Positions 13,422 to 26,172 of a stretch of DNA of 64,000 bases are shown here, in pieces. The notes beneath the pieces are model-generated. The model was not told the origin of the DNA and did not search any database. It worked only from the letters and a program-made list of their open reading frames with translations. How positions within the stretch are numbered: position 1 is the stretch's first letter; each line of letters begins with the position of its first letter. This stretch comes from Dipteris shenzhenensis. Its lineage: Eukaryota. A program made the translations under genes and the position numbers. The stretch is taken from the NCBI GenBank assembly GCA_047967505.1, contig CM106538.1; one strand, 5' to 3'.

Positions 13422-14230
13422 TCACATGCATTCAAAGAGTATTTAAAAAACCCCTCAACTAAAATTTTCTTCCTAATAAATCTACCCCTCTTTACTTATA
13501 AACTAATGGATTTTTTTTAAAAGTTGAAATAAAAACCTTCTCCTGTTATTGTAAACCTATTATGTTTTTTCCAAAAGTGGAATTAAAATACCCCTCCTTT
13601 TGAATGCACATGGTACACTAAAATTTTGGGAGGTGAACCCCGCAAGGTTCAAGTCTAGTAATTTAGTCCAAATTTGTATCCACTGAGTGTGCCAGGTGTT
13701 AAGGGGCCAATTAATTAACCCAAAGCTAGTATCGAAATGGTTAAGTATAATGACATCTAGAAGTTGCAACCTTATATACAACTACCAATCGGGTAAAGAC
13801 TCTGCAACAAAAGCAAGAAAGATATAGATCATAAGAGCTTGAGAGTTTGAGCATGAGAAGAGAATATGCACCATTCTTGTAATGGTTCATCATTTGTTGA
13901 GTAATCAAGACTCTGCTGGTCCGGACTATCTCACATACTGTATTTTGTTTATCAATTTCTCCTATAATTTAATGTCTAGTTCATTATTTTTTAAATTTAA
14001 ATGAAAGATAGTAAGGCGCATTCGGTTTCATAATTAAGAGATCTCAAATGTTCTGCATATTCCATCATTCTGCTTTAGCAGGGCGTTAGTAGTTTTGGTA
14101 ATATATTCATGCAAATCATGGATGATTTTCTCCTATTAGTTTCGTTAAAAGTGAAACTTTTATATTTGTGTCGAAAGTTTGTATGCCTTGATAAAATTAA
14201 AGGTTTGAAAATTTCCAAAGATTTGAAAAT

Positions 14231-14955
14231 TGTAAGAAAATAATACAACGTCTGTGCTCAACAGATAACAAGATTTCGTACGCAAGAGAGAAAACAGATA
14301 GTATGGAGAATAAAAAATTTGATTACTGTAGAACTGATACAATAGATGGCGTTGCTTCCCAACCGTGTGCTCCTATGAAAGAAGCTTCGATGGCAAGTTG
14401 GAAACAGTAGAGGACGGAGGCTGGATGCTAAGGAATCAGGGTTGTTGTAGCCAGTGATGAAATGGGCTTCATGGGCTTGCTCTTATATAGCCACCACAAG
14501 TAGTCGGTTAGAGCCAATTGGGTGACCGACCCAGTTCGCCCAAAACGGTCGACTGGGGGTCTGTCCCGAAATAGGCCACCGACTACATGATAGAACCAGT
14601 GCGCAAAACAGAGCAACTAACCTATGGTTACCGTTCGGCCCATCCGAGATCATCTCAGGCCCCAAACGGGCCCCATAACCCGAGAGTGGGCTGCCTCGGG
14701 AAATGCTCCATCTACCCTCAATGCGGTCAGTCATGTGATGCCTTCCCGCACTTGCATGTAGCCTAGTTGGTAGTGTACCAACTCTATCTGAAGCCGTCCA
14801 GCCATCAGGCCACACATGGCCCCCATTTGGTGTCCAAACTAGGACCTCTCGCATAACCGAGCTACTAAAATGCCTTCTCCTCATATGGGGGGCTTACAAG
14901 TAGAGTTAGCTAGTTCCCACGTAGTTACACGAGAGTGGAGCATTGATGTCTAACA
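14231..14955 (-). repeat. 3' LTR (725 bp)
   Basis: tgtaagaaaa...gtctaaca, homologous to 19063-19796. Confidence 0.97.
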
Positions 14956-14965
14956 CCCCCCCTCA
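14956..14965 (-). other. Polypurine tract
   Basis: TGAGGGGGGG on the minus strand abutting the 3' LTR. Confidence 0.9.
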
Positions 14966-14985
14966 ATGTCCACCCGCAAGTGAAC

Positions 14986-17900
14986 TTACTTTTTTGGTCC
15001 AATGCCAAGTTGATGAAGATGCCTCTCCAACAAGTCTCTTCCAAGAGCCTTTGTGAAGATGTCCGCAGCATTCTCTGTAGTCGAACAGTACACCAAGTCG
15101 ACCTCTCCATCCATGATGAGCTCGCGTACAAAGTGATATTGAATCTCAATGTGTTTTGTGCAAGCGTGGAACACAAGGTTCTTTGCAATCACCATGCAAC
15201 TCTGATTGTCACATGATAACTATGTAGGCTTGTTCTGCACTGCACCCATGTCCCCCAAAATCCTCCTCAACCACACTGCTTCATAAGAAGCAAAGCATGC
15301 TGATTTGTACTTGGCCTCAATAGAAGAAAGAGCAACTGTGGGTTGCTTCTTACTGACCCATGACACAGCTCCAGATCCAGGTGAGAAGCAGTAACTTGTC
15401 ATTGACCTCCTACTGTCCACGTCTCCTGCCCAATCTGAGTCATAGAATCCGGTCAAGATGTTGCCCTTGGTATAGGTGATGCCATAATCAAGTGTGCCTT
15501 TGATGTATTTTAGCACCTGCATCCCTGCCCTCCAATGGTTCTCCCGGGGCTTATTGGAAAACCTGCTTAGTAAACCAGTCGCAAAACTAATGTCCGACTG
15601 CGTGTTGCACAGGTAAATCAAGCTGCCCACAAGCCTTCTGTACTTCGCTTCCTCCACCAGTGGTAATGAATCCTCATTTGAGAGCTTCACGTCAACCTCC
15701 ATAGGGGTACCAACTGTCTTGCACTCAGCCATGCCAAACGCCTTCAGTATCTCTCCAGCATACTTCAGCTGTGAAATGAAGATTTGTTTCTGCTCCTGCC
15801 AAACTTCAATCCCCAAATAGAAATGCATCAGTCCGAGGTCTGTCATTTCAAACTCTCTTCCTAGCAAATGCTTCGTCTGTGAGATCTTCTCTTCATGGTT
15901 CCCTGTTATGACAAGGTCGTCCACATAAAGGACCATGATCATACATCTGCCTCCTTCTCTAAAGATATACAAATTTGCATCAGATGGGCTCCTCCTGAAC
16001 CCGTTTTGCAGAAAGTAGGCATCAATTCATTGGTACCATGCTCGTGGGGCCTGTTTCAGCCTGTAAAGTGCCTTCTTCAGTTTACAGACTTTACCTTCTG
16101 AACCGGGGATCACAAAACCTGGTGGTTGTTCCACGTATACCTCCTCCTTGAGATCTCCATTCAAAAAGGCAGATTTCACATCCATCTGAAGCATAGGCCA
16201 ACTTCCATGGGCAGCTAAAGCCAAAACACTGTGAATTGTGGTTAGTCGAGCTGTGGGAGCAAAAGTATCCTGATAATCAAAACCATGTACCTGTGCGAAT
16301 CTTTTTGCCACGAGCCGAGCCTTGTACTTATCCAACGTGCCATCAGACTTGTACTTGGTCTTGTACACCACTTGGTTCTGATTACCTTGCGTTTTGGTGG
16401 TCGATCCACAAGGTCCCAAGTGTTGTTCTTCATTATGGAGCCATACTCTGACTGCATAGCCTCCATCCACCTATCATCACCCTGTGCCTCTTCAAAACAC
16501 TTAGGTTCATCAGCACGGATCACCTCTATCATCAAAGCATAATTGACCAAGTGTTCCTATGCCCTTCTTTGCTCCTCTAATCTCTTGGACTGGCGGTGTT
16601 CGGATGGTTCCTCCTCAATGGCTGGAGGTTCTCTGCTATCCAAAAGCTACTTTACCCACTTCGAGAATGGCCGTTGCTATTGTGGTTCTGTAGGCTCTTC
16701 TTTATCTTCTTTATCTTGAATCCTCACAAGCACCATTGGGGGAGTTCGGTCTGCTGTTGCTGGTGGTACTGGATGGATATCCTGGTCTGGTTGTCTAGGA
16801 AGGAAGCATCCTCCTCCAATTGATGCGGCTGTTCTGAGAAGACCACATCGTGACTTACAATTACCTTCTTGGTAATAGGGTTATAGAGATGGTAACCCTT
16901 CACCTCTTCACTGTAGCCCAAAGAAAATACACTTTCAGCTCTTTAGTTCCCATTTCGTCCTGGTAGCATCAGGGACATGCACAAAAACAGTCACATCTAG
17001 AAACTCTGAAATGTGCAGCTGAAGGTTTCTTACCAGAAAAGGCCTACAGTGGAGTCATCCCGTTCACAGCCTTCGTGTAGCTACGATTCAACTACGATTC
17101 AAAATGTAAACTGTAGTGTTACATGCTTCAGCCTAGAAATTCTTTGGCAAATCTTTCCCTTTCATCATACTCCGGCCCATTTCGCAGATGACACGCATCT
17201 TGCGTTCTGCCACTCCATTTGCTGTGATGTATGTGGCGGGGGTTTCTGTCTCTTGATCCCGTGACTTTTGCAGTAACTTTCAAATTCAGTCGATATGAAC
17301 TCTCCACCTCTGTCTGATCTCAACTTCTTCACCTTCCTCCCCGATTCTTTCTCGGCCATTACATGCCATTCCTTGAACCTACTAAAAGCCTCGTCTTTAG
17401 TCTTCAGGAAGTATATCCATATCCTTCTACTGTAGTCATCGATCAGCATCATGAAGTAGTAGGAACCACCCAAAGCTTCCGTCTCCATCTTTTCACAGAG
17501 GTCCATGTGAATGAGCTCTAGAGGAGCCTTTGCCCTACTGGCCTCTTTAGGAAAGGGATGCCGATGTTGCTTGCCCATCATGCAAGCTTCACATACATCG
17601 GGCAGATCTGAAATTTCTGGTAGGTCTGCAATCATTCCACTTTTATGCATCTCCTTCAAAGAACTAAGGTTTAGATGACCAAACCTCTCATGCCACAGCT
17701 TAGTGTTCTTCACATCCGCTCGAGCACTGAAAGCTAAGAGTTCGTAGATGTTGTTGCGTTGTGTACCTTTACCAACGACCTTCCCTTGAAGATCCAGGAT
17801 CTGTGCACCATTCTTATCGAATTGAATTTTGAGGTCTCGATCCGTGATCGCAGAAACAAACAACAAGTTCCTCTTGATATCTGGCACATAAAGAACATTG

Positions 17901-18992
17901 GACAACTGTTTTACAACTCCATCTGACTTGAGAGCAATCATACCTTTTCCTTTTGCTGGACATTTTGCATCATTGCCGACTACTACCAGGATGTCATTCC
18001 CTACCGACTGTAGAGAGGTATACCAATCCTTCTGACTGGTCATGTGGCGTGATGCACCACTATTTATAATCCACGGTTCATTCATAGGTACATGAACTGC
18101 CTCCGTGCAAATCTCATCAATTGCTACGAACAGTTCTACTGGTACTACCTATGCGCTGTTGCTGGACTCTTTCTTTACTCCGTTCTTCTCATCTGCAATC
18201 TTCTTTTAGCACTCATTCTGCTTGTGCCCTACCTTGTTGCAATTGAAGCACTTGATCTTCTTCTTTCTCTTTTTATCATCAGAAGAAGATGGGTTACCAG
18301 AAGTCCTTACCCTTACCTTTCTTTGATCCGGTCCAGAAAGCCGAATCTTCTCCAGTCCTTATCTTTTGATGCATCTCCTCCTCCAGAAGCATCGCGCTGA
18401 AGTCTTCAAAGTTGAGGGGCAGATTTCTATTCTGTGTATTCAGTGCCATAACAAGACCATCGTACTTTGGTGGGAGAATCCGTATGCAACTTCGTGCTAG
18501 ATTCTTGCTGGTGATGGTGATGCCAATCGCAGTCATCTGATCGCGCACATTCTTCACCCTGGTGATGAACTTCTCTGCCGCTTCAGACTCAAGTAGTTTC
18601 TCGTTCGCGTGTTGAGTCTCCAGATTCTGAATTTGTGTCTGATTCATGGTCTCGTACTGATTTTTCAAGACCGTCCATGCCTCCTCCACTGTGGTGACAT
18701 GTTGAATTAACGCCATGACGGAATCACTTACACTACAGACAATAAAACACAGCGCATCTGCATTTCTTCTTGTCCACGCGAGAATCTCATCTGCAGTTAG
18801 TACTATCTGTTGTCCTACATTGGCTGGATCTGGTCTCGGAATCGGCCTTATGGCCACCCTAGTAGCAGTGTCCCAAAGCTCATATGCGCTTAGGATGGTC
18901 TTCATCTTGAACTTCCAGAGTGGATAGTTAGAGCCATCCAACTTTTCGCTTTCGCCGAACGGTGGGATTCGCAGTCTTGCGAGCTGGGCCAT
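14986..18992 (-). pseudogene. Copia gag-pol polyprotein with frameshifts and stops
   Basis: KLDGSNYPLW (gag), WIINSGASRHM (PR), WHERFGH/CEAC and RSDRGGEF (INT), QMDVKSAFLNG and LYVDDL (RT), DSDWAGD and KHIEIQYHFVR (RH). Confidence 0.97.
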
Positions 18993-19050
18993 CTCTCACA
19001 ATCTGCTCGTAAACAGAAACACACTACCAAATCTTCTTGCTAGAGTCCAG

Positions 19051-19062
19051 GCTCTGATACCA
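19051..19062 (-). other. Primer binding site (initiator tRNA-Met)
   Basis: TGGTATCAGAGC on the minus strand directly after the 5' LTR. Confidence 0.95.
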
Positions 19063-19796
19063 TGTAAGAAAATAATACAACGTCTGTGCTCAACAGATAA
19101 TAGGATCTCGTACGCAAGAGAGAAAATAGATAGTATAGAGAATCAAAAATTTGATTACTGTAGAGCTGATACAATAGATGGCGCTACTTCCCAACCGTGC
19201 GCTCCTATGAAAGAAGCTTCGATGGCAAGCTGGAAATAGTAGAGGACGGAGGCTGGATGCTAAGGAATTAGGGTTGCTATAGCCAGTGATGAAATGGGCT
19301 TCACGGGCTTGCTCTTATATAGCAATCACAAGTAGTCGGTTAGAGCCAATTGGGTGACCGACCCACTTCACCCAAAACGGTCGACTGGGGGTCGGTCCCG
19401 AAATAGGCCACCGACCACACGATAGAATCGGTGTGCAAAATAGAACAACTGACCTACGAACACCGTTCGGCCCAGAGCCATCCGGGATCATCTGAGGCTC
19501 CAAACGGGCCTCGCAACCCGAGAGTGGTGGGCTGCCCTAGGAAATACTCCGTCTACCCTCAATGCGGTCAGTCATGGGATGCCTTCTCGCACTTGCATGT
19601 AGCCTAGTTGGCAGTGTACCAACTCTAACTGAAGCCGTCCAGCCATCAAGCCACACATGGCCCCCATCTGGTGTCCAAACCAGGACCTACCGGATAATCG
19701 AGCTACTCAAATGCCTTCTCCTCATATGGGGGGCTTACAAGTAGAGTTAGCTGATTCCCGCGTAGTTACACGAGAGTGGAGCATTGATATCTAACA
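19063..19796 (-). repeat. 5' LTR (734 bp)
   Basis: tgtaagaaaa...atctaaca. Confidence 0.97.
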
Positions 19797-20401
19797 AAAA
19801 TTTTATGAGAAAAAACTTAAAGTTTCACCAAGATTTACAACTTTTTCTTTAAATTTAATATATAATTGTAATATGTTATATGTAAATATTATGAAATTTA
19901 AAAAACTAGCTCGACAAAATTTTGCCAAGATTTATATTAATATATATAAGTATAGCTTCGATAAAAACATCCCTGATGCAAATACATCGGCATCTTGTAC
20001 TCAGTTAACAACATATGACATGTATGTGATGATGCATATGATATAGTTATGTGTGTTTTTTAAAATATGATATGATGTATGAGTATGATAAGAGGAGAGA
20101 TAAAGCAATGTATGAAGAAATATTATATGGAGGTTTATGAAAAACTATAAACAATATGATTGATTGGACTATTGCTTGATTGTACTCTCATTGCATAATT
20201 ATAGCCATAGAAATATAGGCTAGTGATCTTCATATTTGAGCTTATATTTCCATATGACATTGATATATTATAGAACTCTTCTTGCTGTCTCAAGATGAGA
20301 TATTTGACTACTATTATTACTATGTCAAGATAATTAGTTTTGGGATATTGCATGCATCAGTTGAGAACATCATCTAGCTAAAAAACTTTTGGTTGGGTTA
20401 T

Positions 20402-22540
20402 TGTCAAATAGAAGTATCTATTAATATTATATTACCATAAAACAATAATCAAAATGACAAAAAGGAGATTATAGTAAAGGTAGGACTCAAGTAATATCCC
20501 TCCCACATACTCCACAAAGAATCCAAAAAATGGGCATAGGCTGGGAGAAATAATCAATAACAACCTATTCAAAACAACAAAACCCCTACAACTATGTGTA
20601 GAACTTGTGTTGAATGGAAAGGAAAGAGACAGATTATGCTCCAAAAGGATTGAGTATTGTATTACTACATAGACTTATATAGTTGAGGCCTTAGTCTAGT
20701 AGGAGAGAGCTATATATAGCTCTAACACTCCCACTTAAACCAAAGCCTCTAGATACGGATGAAAAAACCCTTCAGGAGTCACATAGCTATATGCAACAAG
20801 CACTACATCATTTGTGTACACAAGCAATAGGAGAGTGTATTCCCAAAGTGATGTCCATCAATGCCTTCATATTGTGAGATATTGAGGAGATATTTTTAAC
20901 CATTGTTTCAATATCATCTATATAGAGCCAAAAAAAAGGGGAAACTCGATCTCTATATAAGTATATGACAAAATCTACAACGACTATTATTAATCACAAA
21001 ATGTGTGAAATATATATATAGTGTAGTGCTTGTGCTAGATTGCATTACAATGGTTCATGGTAATGGTGTAACTCCAATCTCATTCCTCAAAGAGGAAAAT
21101 TGAGCTTCTCCAAGCTTGTTAGTGAAGATATTGGCAATCATGTGGTTGGTTGCGCAATACTGTATCATGATAGATCCTTTCTGAACTTCATGCTATACAT
21201 AGTGATAGATAGTGAATAGCAATATATTTTGTCTTATTGTGATGAACATAATATTTTGTAGCGCTAATGGCACTTTGATTGTTGCAATAATGGATAGTTC
21301 TTGAAGATGGGTCATGACCAAGATCAGAAAGCAGTCATCTAAGCCAAATCATTCTCATGTGGCCAAGGAAACTGCTACATATTCAGCTTCTATACTAGAG
21401 ACAACAACACAATTTGTTTCTTTCTTGCCAAGGAAATAAGAGTGTGGTTTTAAACAAAAAAAACAATTGCCACTAGTAGAATGCATCTAAGAGTAAGGAC
21501 TAGCCCAATTAGCAGCATAATAACCAAGTAAGGATAAGGAAGTATATGTGTCCCTTTGATAAAGAAGACCATAGTCTGAGGTACCCTTTAAGTATTTCAA
21601 TGAGATTTCAGTACTTGTTTAGCTACGACCCAATGACCATGATAGGGCTTGGCAATATACTGACCAAGAAGGTGTGCATCAAAAGGAATATTTGGTCAAG
21701 TATTTAAACCAATAAACTACAAACATCCAACTAAATTTGTATATGGAATGTGATCTTCCAAAGGATTAGAAAATTCACACGTTGATTCTTGTTGGAATGA
21801 TGAACAATGGGATTAGAGGATCAGTTAAGTGAAAATTTGCAAGAGTATCTATAATAAACAAGCATAAGAAGACCATGATCATGAAACTACTGAACTTGAA
21901 TGCCCAAACAAGAATAAATCTCTCTGAGGTCAATCATTCAAATGCTAAATACAAGATCCTTTTAAGTTGGCAACCAGGATGGTGTCATCAACATATAAAG
22001 CAATTGATGTTCCTTTTTCAAATATTAATTGGCATCAAAGGAATAAGCATGAAATCCTTGAGACTAAACAAAAGAATCAACTTTAAGATACCAAGCTCAA
22101 GAGGTTTGTTTAGACCAATCAAATGTTCCTTAGGCTAACTGTAAACACGAACACTGGTCATACAAACCATGGGAGAAAATGTATCATGATAATCAATACC
22201 TGCAATTTGTGAAAAGCCTTTGGCAACAAGCCATGTTGTATGTTTGTCAAAGGTGCCATCAGTCTCTGACCTTGGTTTTGTAAACCCACTTGCATTGAAT
22301 TGGTGTGTGTCTAGAAGGTAGACTGGTGAGAATACCCTAAGAAATGAGAGAGTCATATTGCGCTTGCATAGCATCCTACTATTGTGCTTTTTAAGGCGAT
22401 GATATGGCTCGATCATAAGTTACTAGTAGGGTCTTCAAGGGTGGAGAATGTGTCTGGCAAAATCATGATGAGGAGAATCTTCAGAACGGGGCTCATGATG
22501 AATTGGAGGATCAATGAAAGTATTATATCATGAGAAGATG
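20402..22540 (-). mobile_element. Old truncated Ty1/Copia element (RT-RNase H plus putative 3' LTR at about 20402-20727)
   Basis: WLVAKGFSQIAGIDYHDTFSP; degenerate RNase H at about 21100-21560; PPT aagtgggag abutting TGTTAGA at 20727. The left LTR boundary is uncertain. Confidence 0.8.
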
Positions 22541-23224
22541 AGTCATTCATAAGAAACGGAAAAGCTATAAAAACACTCTACGAGTCGTCAAACAAATCAG
22601 CAGGAGACAAAGTACCACCCATAGTCAGGGATTTAAAAAGTACGTGCCTTTTTATTAAAATACATAATTTTCATTTCAAAAACATTGCCTAATTCCCTCA
22701 ATGCCAAAAAACATGTTTCTTTACACCGGCTATCGAGCGAGAGCATACTGCATGGTTTGTCCTCATACCATGCAGTATGTTCATACAAATAGTGCATGGT
22801 ATAGAGCCATACCAAGCGATGTGAGGGACCCCACATGGTCTTGCACCATTACCATAGGGTCTTACACCAATATGGCATGGTTTTTTTAGGGTGCTAGGAG
22901 ACACTGCTTGGTGACCCACCCATAACACATGGTGTTTGTCATAATGGCACATGTGTCATCGTGGATCATTCAATTTGAAGTGATATGCAATTGTGACCAT
23001 TGACACATTGCGTGATTAGGGAAGGTACCACGTAGTGGAGCTACAAAATCTTATCAAAATACCCCACTCCCACTAATACCATGCTATGCATACCTATCGC
23101 TTTCTCTCGTGTTTCCTCTTTGGGTGAGTTCTTCTTTAGTCTTTGGTGTCCATTAGCTAGGCCAGGTGATGAGACCTATCTCAATCGGTCGGATTCACCT
23201 CGCCCTGGTTGATTATAGGCTGTT

Positions 23225-23272
23225 AGAGAGAGGGAAAGAGAGAGAGGAAAAGAGAGAGAGAGGGGGGGGAGG

Positions 23273-23323
<51 letters not shown>

Positions 23324-23352
23324 AAAGAGAGAGGGTAAGAGAGAGATGGAGA
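23225..23352. repeat. (GA)n-rich tract inside the hAT 3' region
   Basis: GA run mirrored by the CT-rich tract at 42653-42796. Confidence 0.9.
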
Positions 23353-25609
23353 GATGCCTATTTATGTATCAGTCAGTCTTGGAGATGATCCACTTTGTTC
23401 AATCGAATTTGCCTTCACCTCAACTGATGTTTGTAATAGTAAAGATCAAAGCCGGGTGATGGTTCACATCTGCGAGTCCGTTGCCCTTACTTTGATTTTC
23501 TTATATATCATATCTATCTATGTACATATGTGTCAGTAGAGCCGGGTTTTATCCAGATGATGGCCCACTTTGCCAATCGGTTCATCCCAATAAAACCCTT
23601 CCCAACCAAATGTGCTAATTTAGATCATCTTGGATATGTGATGCTGTTATACATTGTTTCCTATTCTAGCCTATCGTGCTAATAATGTGCCTAAGATTGT
23701 CCTACGTGTGTAGGGAAATGTGCTGGTGCAGACAAATCATCAATTGGAGGTCACGACGTGAAGACACAAGTGAATTTGTGCAAAATGAGGCCCGCACGGG
23801 GGCACATATGAGCGAGTTCTAGGGATGCCAAAATGGTGTGCAATGGGCTGGAAAAATGCCCCGTAGCATAATGTTTCTGTGTGTGAAATTTTGGTTCAAA
23901 CGAGGTCCAGTTTGGGTCCCAAACAAGTGCGATACGAAGTGTTGAAGTAGGGGTTAAATTGGCCTTTTTTTTGGGGGGGTTCTTAAGGGTGGTGTGAATG
24001 GACTTTAAGTCCAACTGAGGGGTTGGAACCAAGTTAATTCTAGTTAGATTAATCAGCCTATATCCTCCTCAGTTATTGGAACTGGGAGGTTAACCAAACT
24101 AGTTTTACTAACTACAATTAGTTACTAAAACTGAAGGTTAGATAAACTAACCTAGCTATTAGTAACTAACCTAGGTTAAACCTAACTAAATTAGACTAAC
24201 CTAACCTAGGGTTATATTGAGGGTTAGGTTAGGGTTTTTTTTTATATCACAAATTTTTTAATAAAAATTTTGGGGGGTGGGGGGAGTGGAGGGGGTGGTG
24301 GTGGAGGGGGGAATGGTGGAGGGGGAGGGGGAGGGGGAGGGGGAAAAAATAAAAAAATAAAAAACTTGATGGACGAAAAACTTTGATGGAAATCCAAAGG
24401 GAGGAAGAGATGGTCACCTACACACTCTCTAAGTCTTTCTTGATGTAACGGGATTGTTGAGGACCAATGGACGGTGGGTGGATGGCTAGGTTATTGCTCT
24501 ACGAGATGGGCTCGAAGTAACTTACCATGTGAGGATGGGAGTAGGGTGGTAGTCAATGGAGAGGGAGGAGTGTCTTACGTAGGGCTCGGAATGGGGAAGA
24601 GGATGTAGGCAAGATGTGAAAGAAAAAGTATGAGAGGGATGGGTGCTCTTTTATAGGAAAGGAGGGGGAGCTGTGGATTTAGTCAAACACATGTGAACCT
24701 TTGAATTTGTCCAAGTTTGACTAGGGAGGTGGTTTTAATTTTTCTTTTGGGTTATGGCATTTAGAAACTTTAATCATCGATTGCCCATAACTTTTGGTAA
24801 TTGTGTCAAAATGTGCTTTTGTAAAAAGGAGAATTTCAAGCTCTACACTCTAACAACCATCACATGGTCTGATTTATTCCTTAAGGTGCTGTTTTTCCAG
24901 AAAACATGCATTTTCCTAAATCGATAAGGAAGAGTTTTAGCTAGGAAATTATATATTTTTTTACTTGAGTTGGAAAAATTTTAGCTCTCCTAGCTCTTGA
25001 GTGATATGTTCATGAAAGTTTGAAGTAGTTTGTTTTTTACACATACCTGTGTATGTTTACTCGTTACTTGAGACGCTAGTCTTCCCGATAGCCATGCCAG
25101 ATGTTAGCTCTTTCCCATGGCTTCCATGAAAACAGCAGTGTTTTCTCAGTATGTAGGGTTCCGAGGCTTTTTGTCACCTACAGATATATCAGGGTTGTTG
25201 TTTGTAGTATATGTGTAGCTTAGGACCTCGAGTCGTGTTCCAGTGAGAGATGTAGGCTTAAGTGTGGTAAGCAAACATAGTGCATGCATGTGTAAAAGGA
25301 ACATGTATCATCATGGTTGAGGTAATGAAGGCTTTTGTCTTCATTGGGGGTTGTAGTGTTTAGGAGGAGTTGAAGGGTTAAAAGGAGATTCCAGGGTTTA
25401 GAAGGATGTTCCAAGGTTTAGAGAGAGGTTTTAGAGTTTAGAGAGAGGTTTCAGAGTTTAGAATAGGTTCCAACATTCAGGGTAGAGTACATGGTGGAGA
25501 ACTCGTCTCCCTTGTAGATAATGGAAATTAAGGGTTGAGGAACTAAGGGCTTAGGGGGAGCATAGGAGTGGAAGAGGAAGAAGGTGTAAGAGCATGGGGG
25601 AAAGAACAG

Positions 25610-25797
25610 AGAGGACGGAGGAGGAGGACGAGGAGGGAAGAGAGGAGGAGGAGGAGGGAGGAGGAGAAGGGAGGAAGAGGGAGGAGGAGGAGGAGGAGGG
25701 AGGAGGAGGAGGAAGAGGGAGGAGGAGAAGGGAGGAGGAGGAGGGAGGAGGAGAGGGAGAGGATGTGTTGCAAGGATGGAGGAGAGGGGAGGAGGAG
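25610..25797. repeat. (GGA)n purine tract
   Basis: Imperfect GGA/GAG repeat. Confidence 0.9.
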
Positions 25798-25989
25798 TTG
25801 CAAGGTTAGGACATGCTTTTGGACGTGGAGTGCAAGGAAGCATGGATACTTGAGACAATTGCTTGGAATAATAAAGTAGAACTCAATACAATGCCCCAAA
25901 GAGTGTGGGCTTCATTCCATTATGGGGTATTTATACAAGTTGGAGAGCTTCTCTCTCTGCATGTAGGAATTGTAAGATGTTCTCTCTCT

Positions 25990-26172
25990 ACATGTAGAAC
26001 TTGCATATAGAAGTTGCATGTAGGAGTTTCATGTAGAACTCGTATGTAGGATTTGCATGTAGAACTCGCATGTAGGAGTTGCATGTAGAACTTGCATGTA
26101 GGAGTTGCATGTAGAACTCACATGTAGGAGTTGCATGTAGGAATCGTATGTAGAACTTGCATGTCGAACATG
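25990..26172. repeat. 13-bp minisatellite, about 14 copies
   Basis: GCATGTAGAACTT and GCATGTAGGAGTT variants, largely alternating. Confidence 0.9.

Larger units (their letters stand above)
14231..19796 (-). mobile_element. Full-length Ty1/Copia LTR retrotransposon (5566 bp, coding region decayed)
   Basis: Two TG...CA LTRs; 5-bp TSD AAAAT (14226-14230 and 19797-19801); PBS, PPT and gag-PR-INT-RT-RH order. Confidence 0.98.

Noticed and set aside
14428-14884. ORFs inside the Copia LTRs
   Set aside because: Not conserved between the two LTR copies and no recognisable domain.
24170-24240. Interstitial telomere
   Set aside because: Only isolated ttaggg-like words; no (TTTAGGG)n array.
25451-25899. 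Poly-Pro/Glu/Arg ORFs
   Set aside because: Artefact of the GGA tract.
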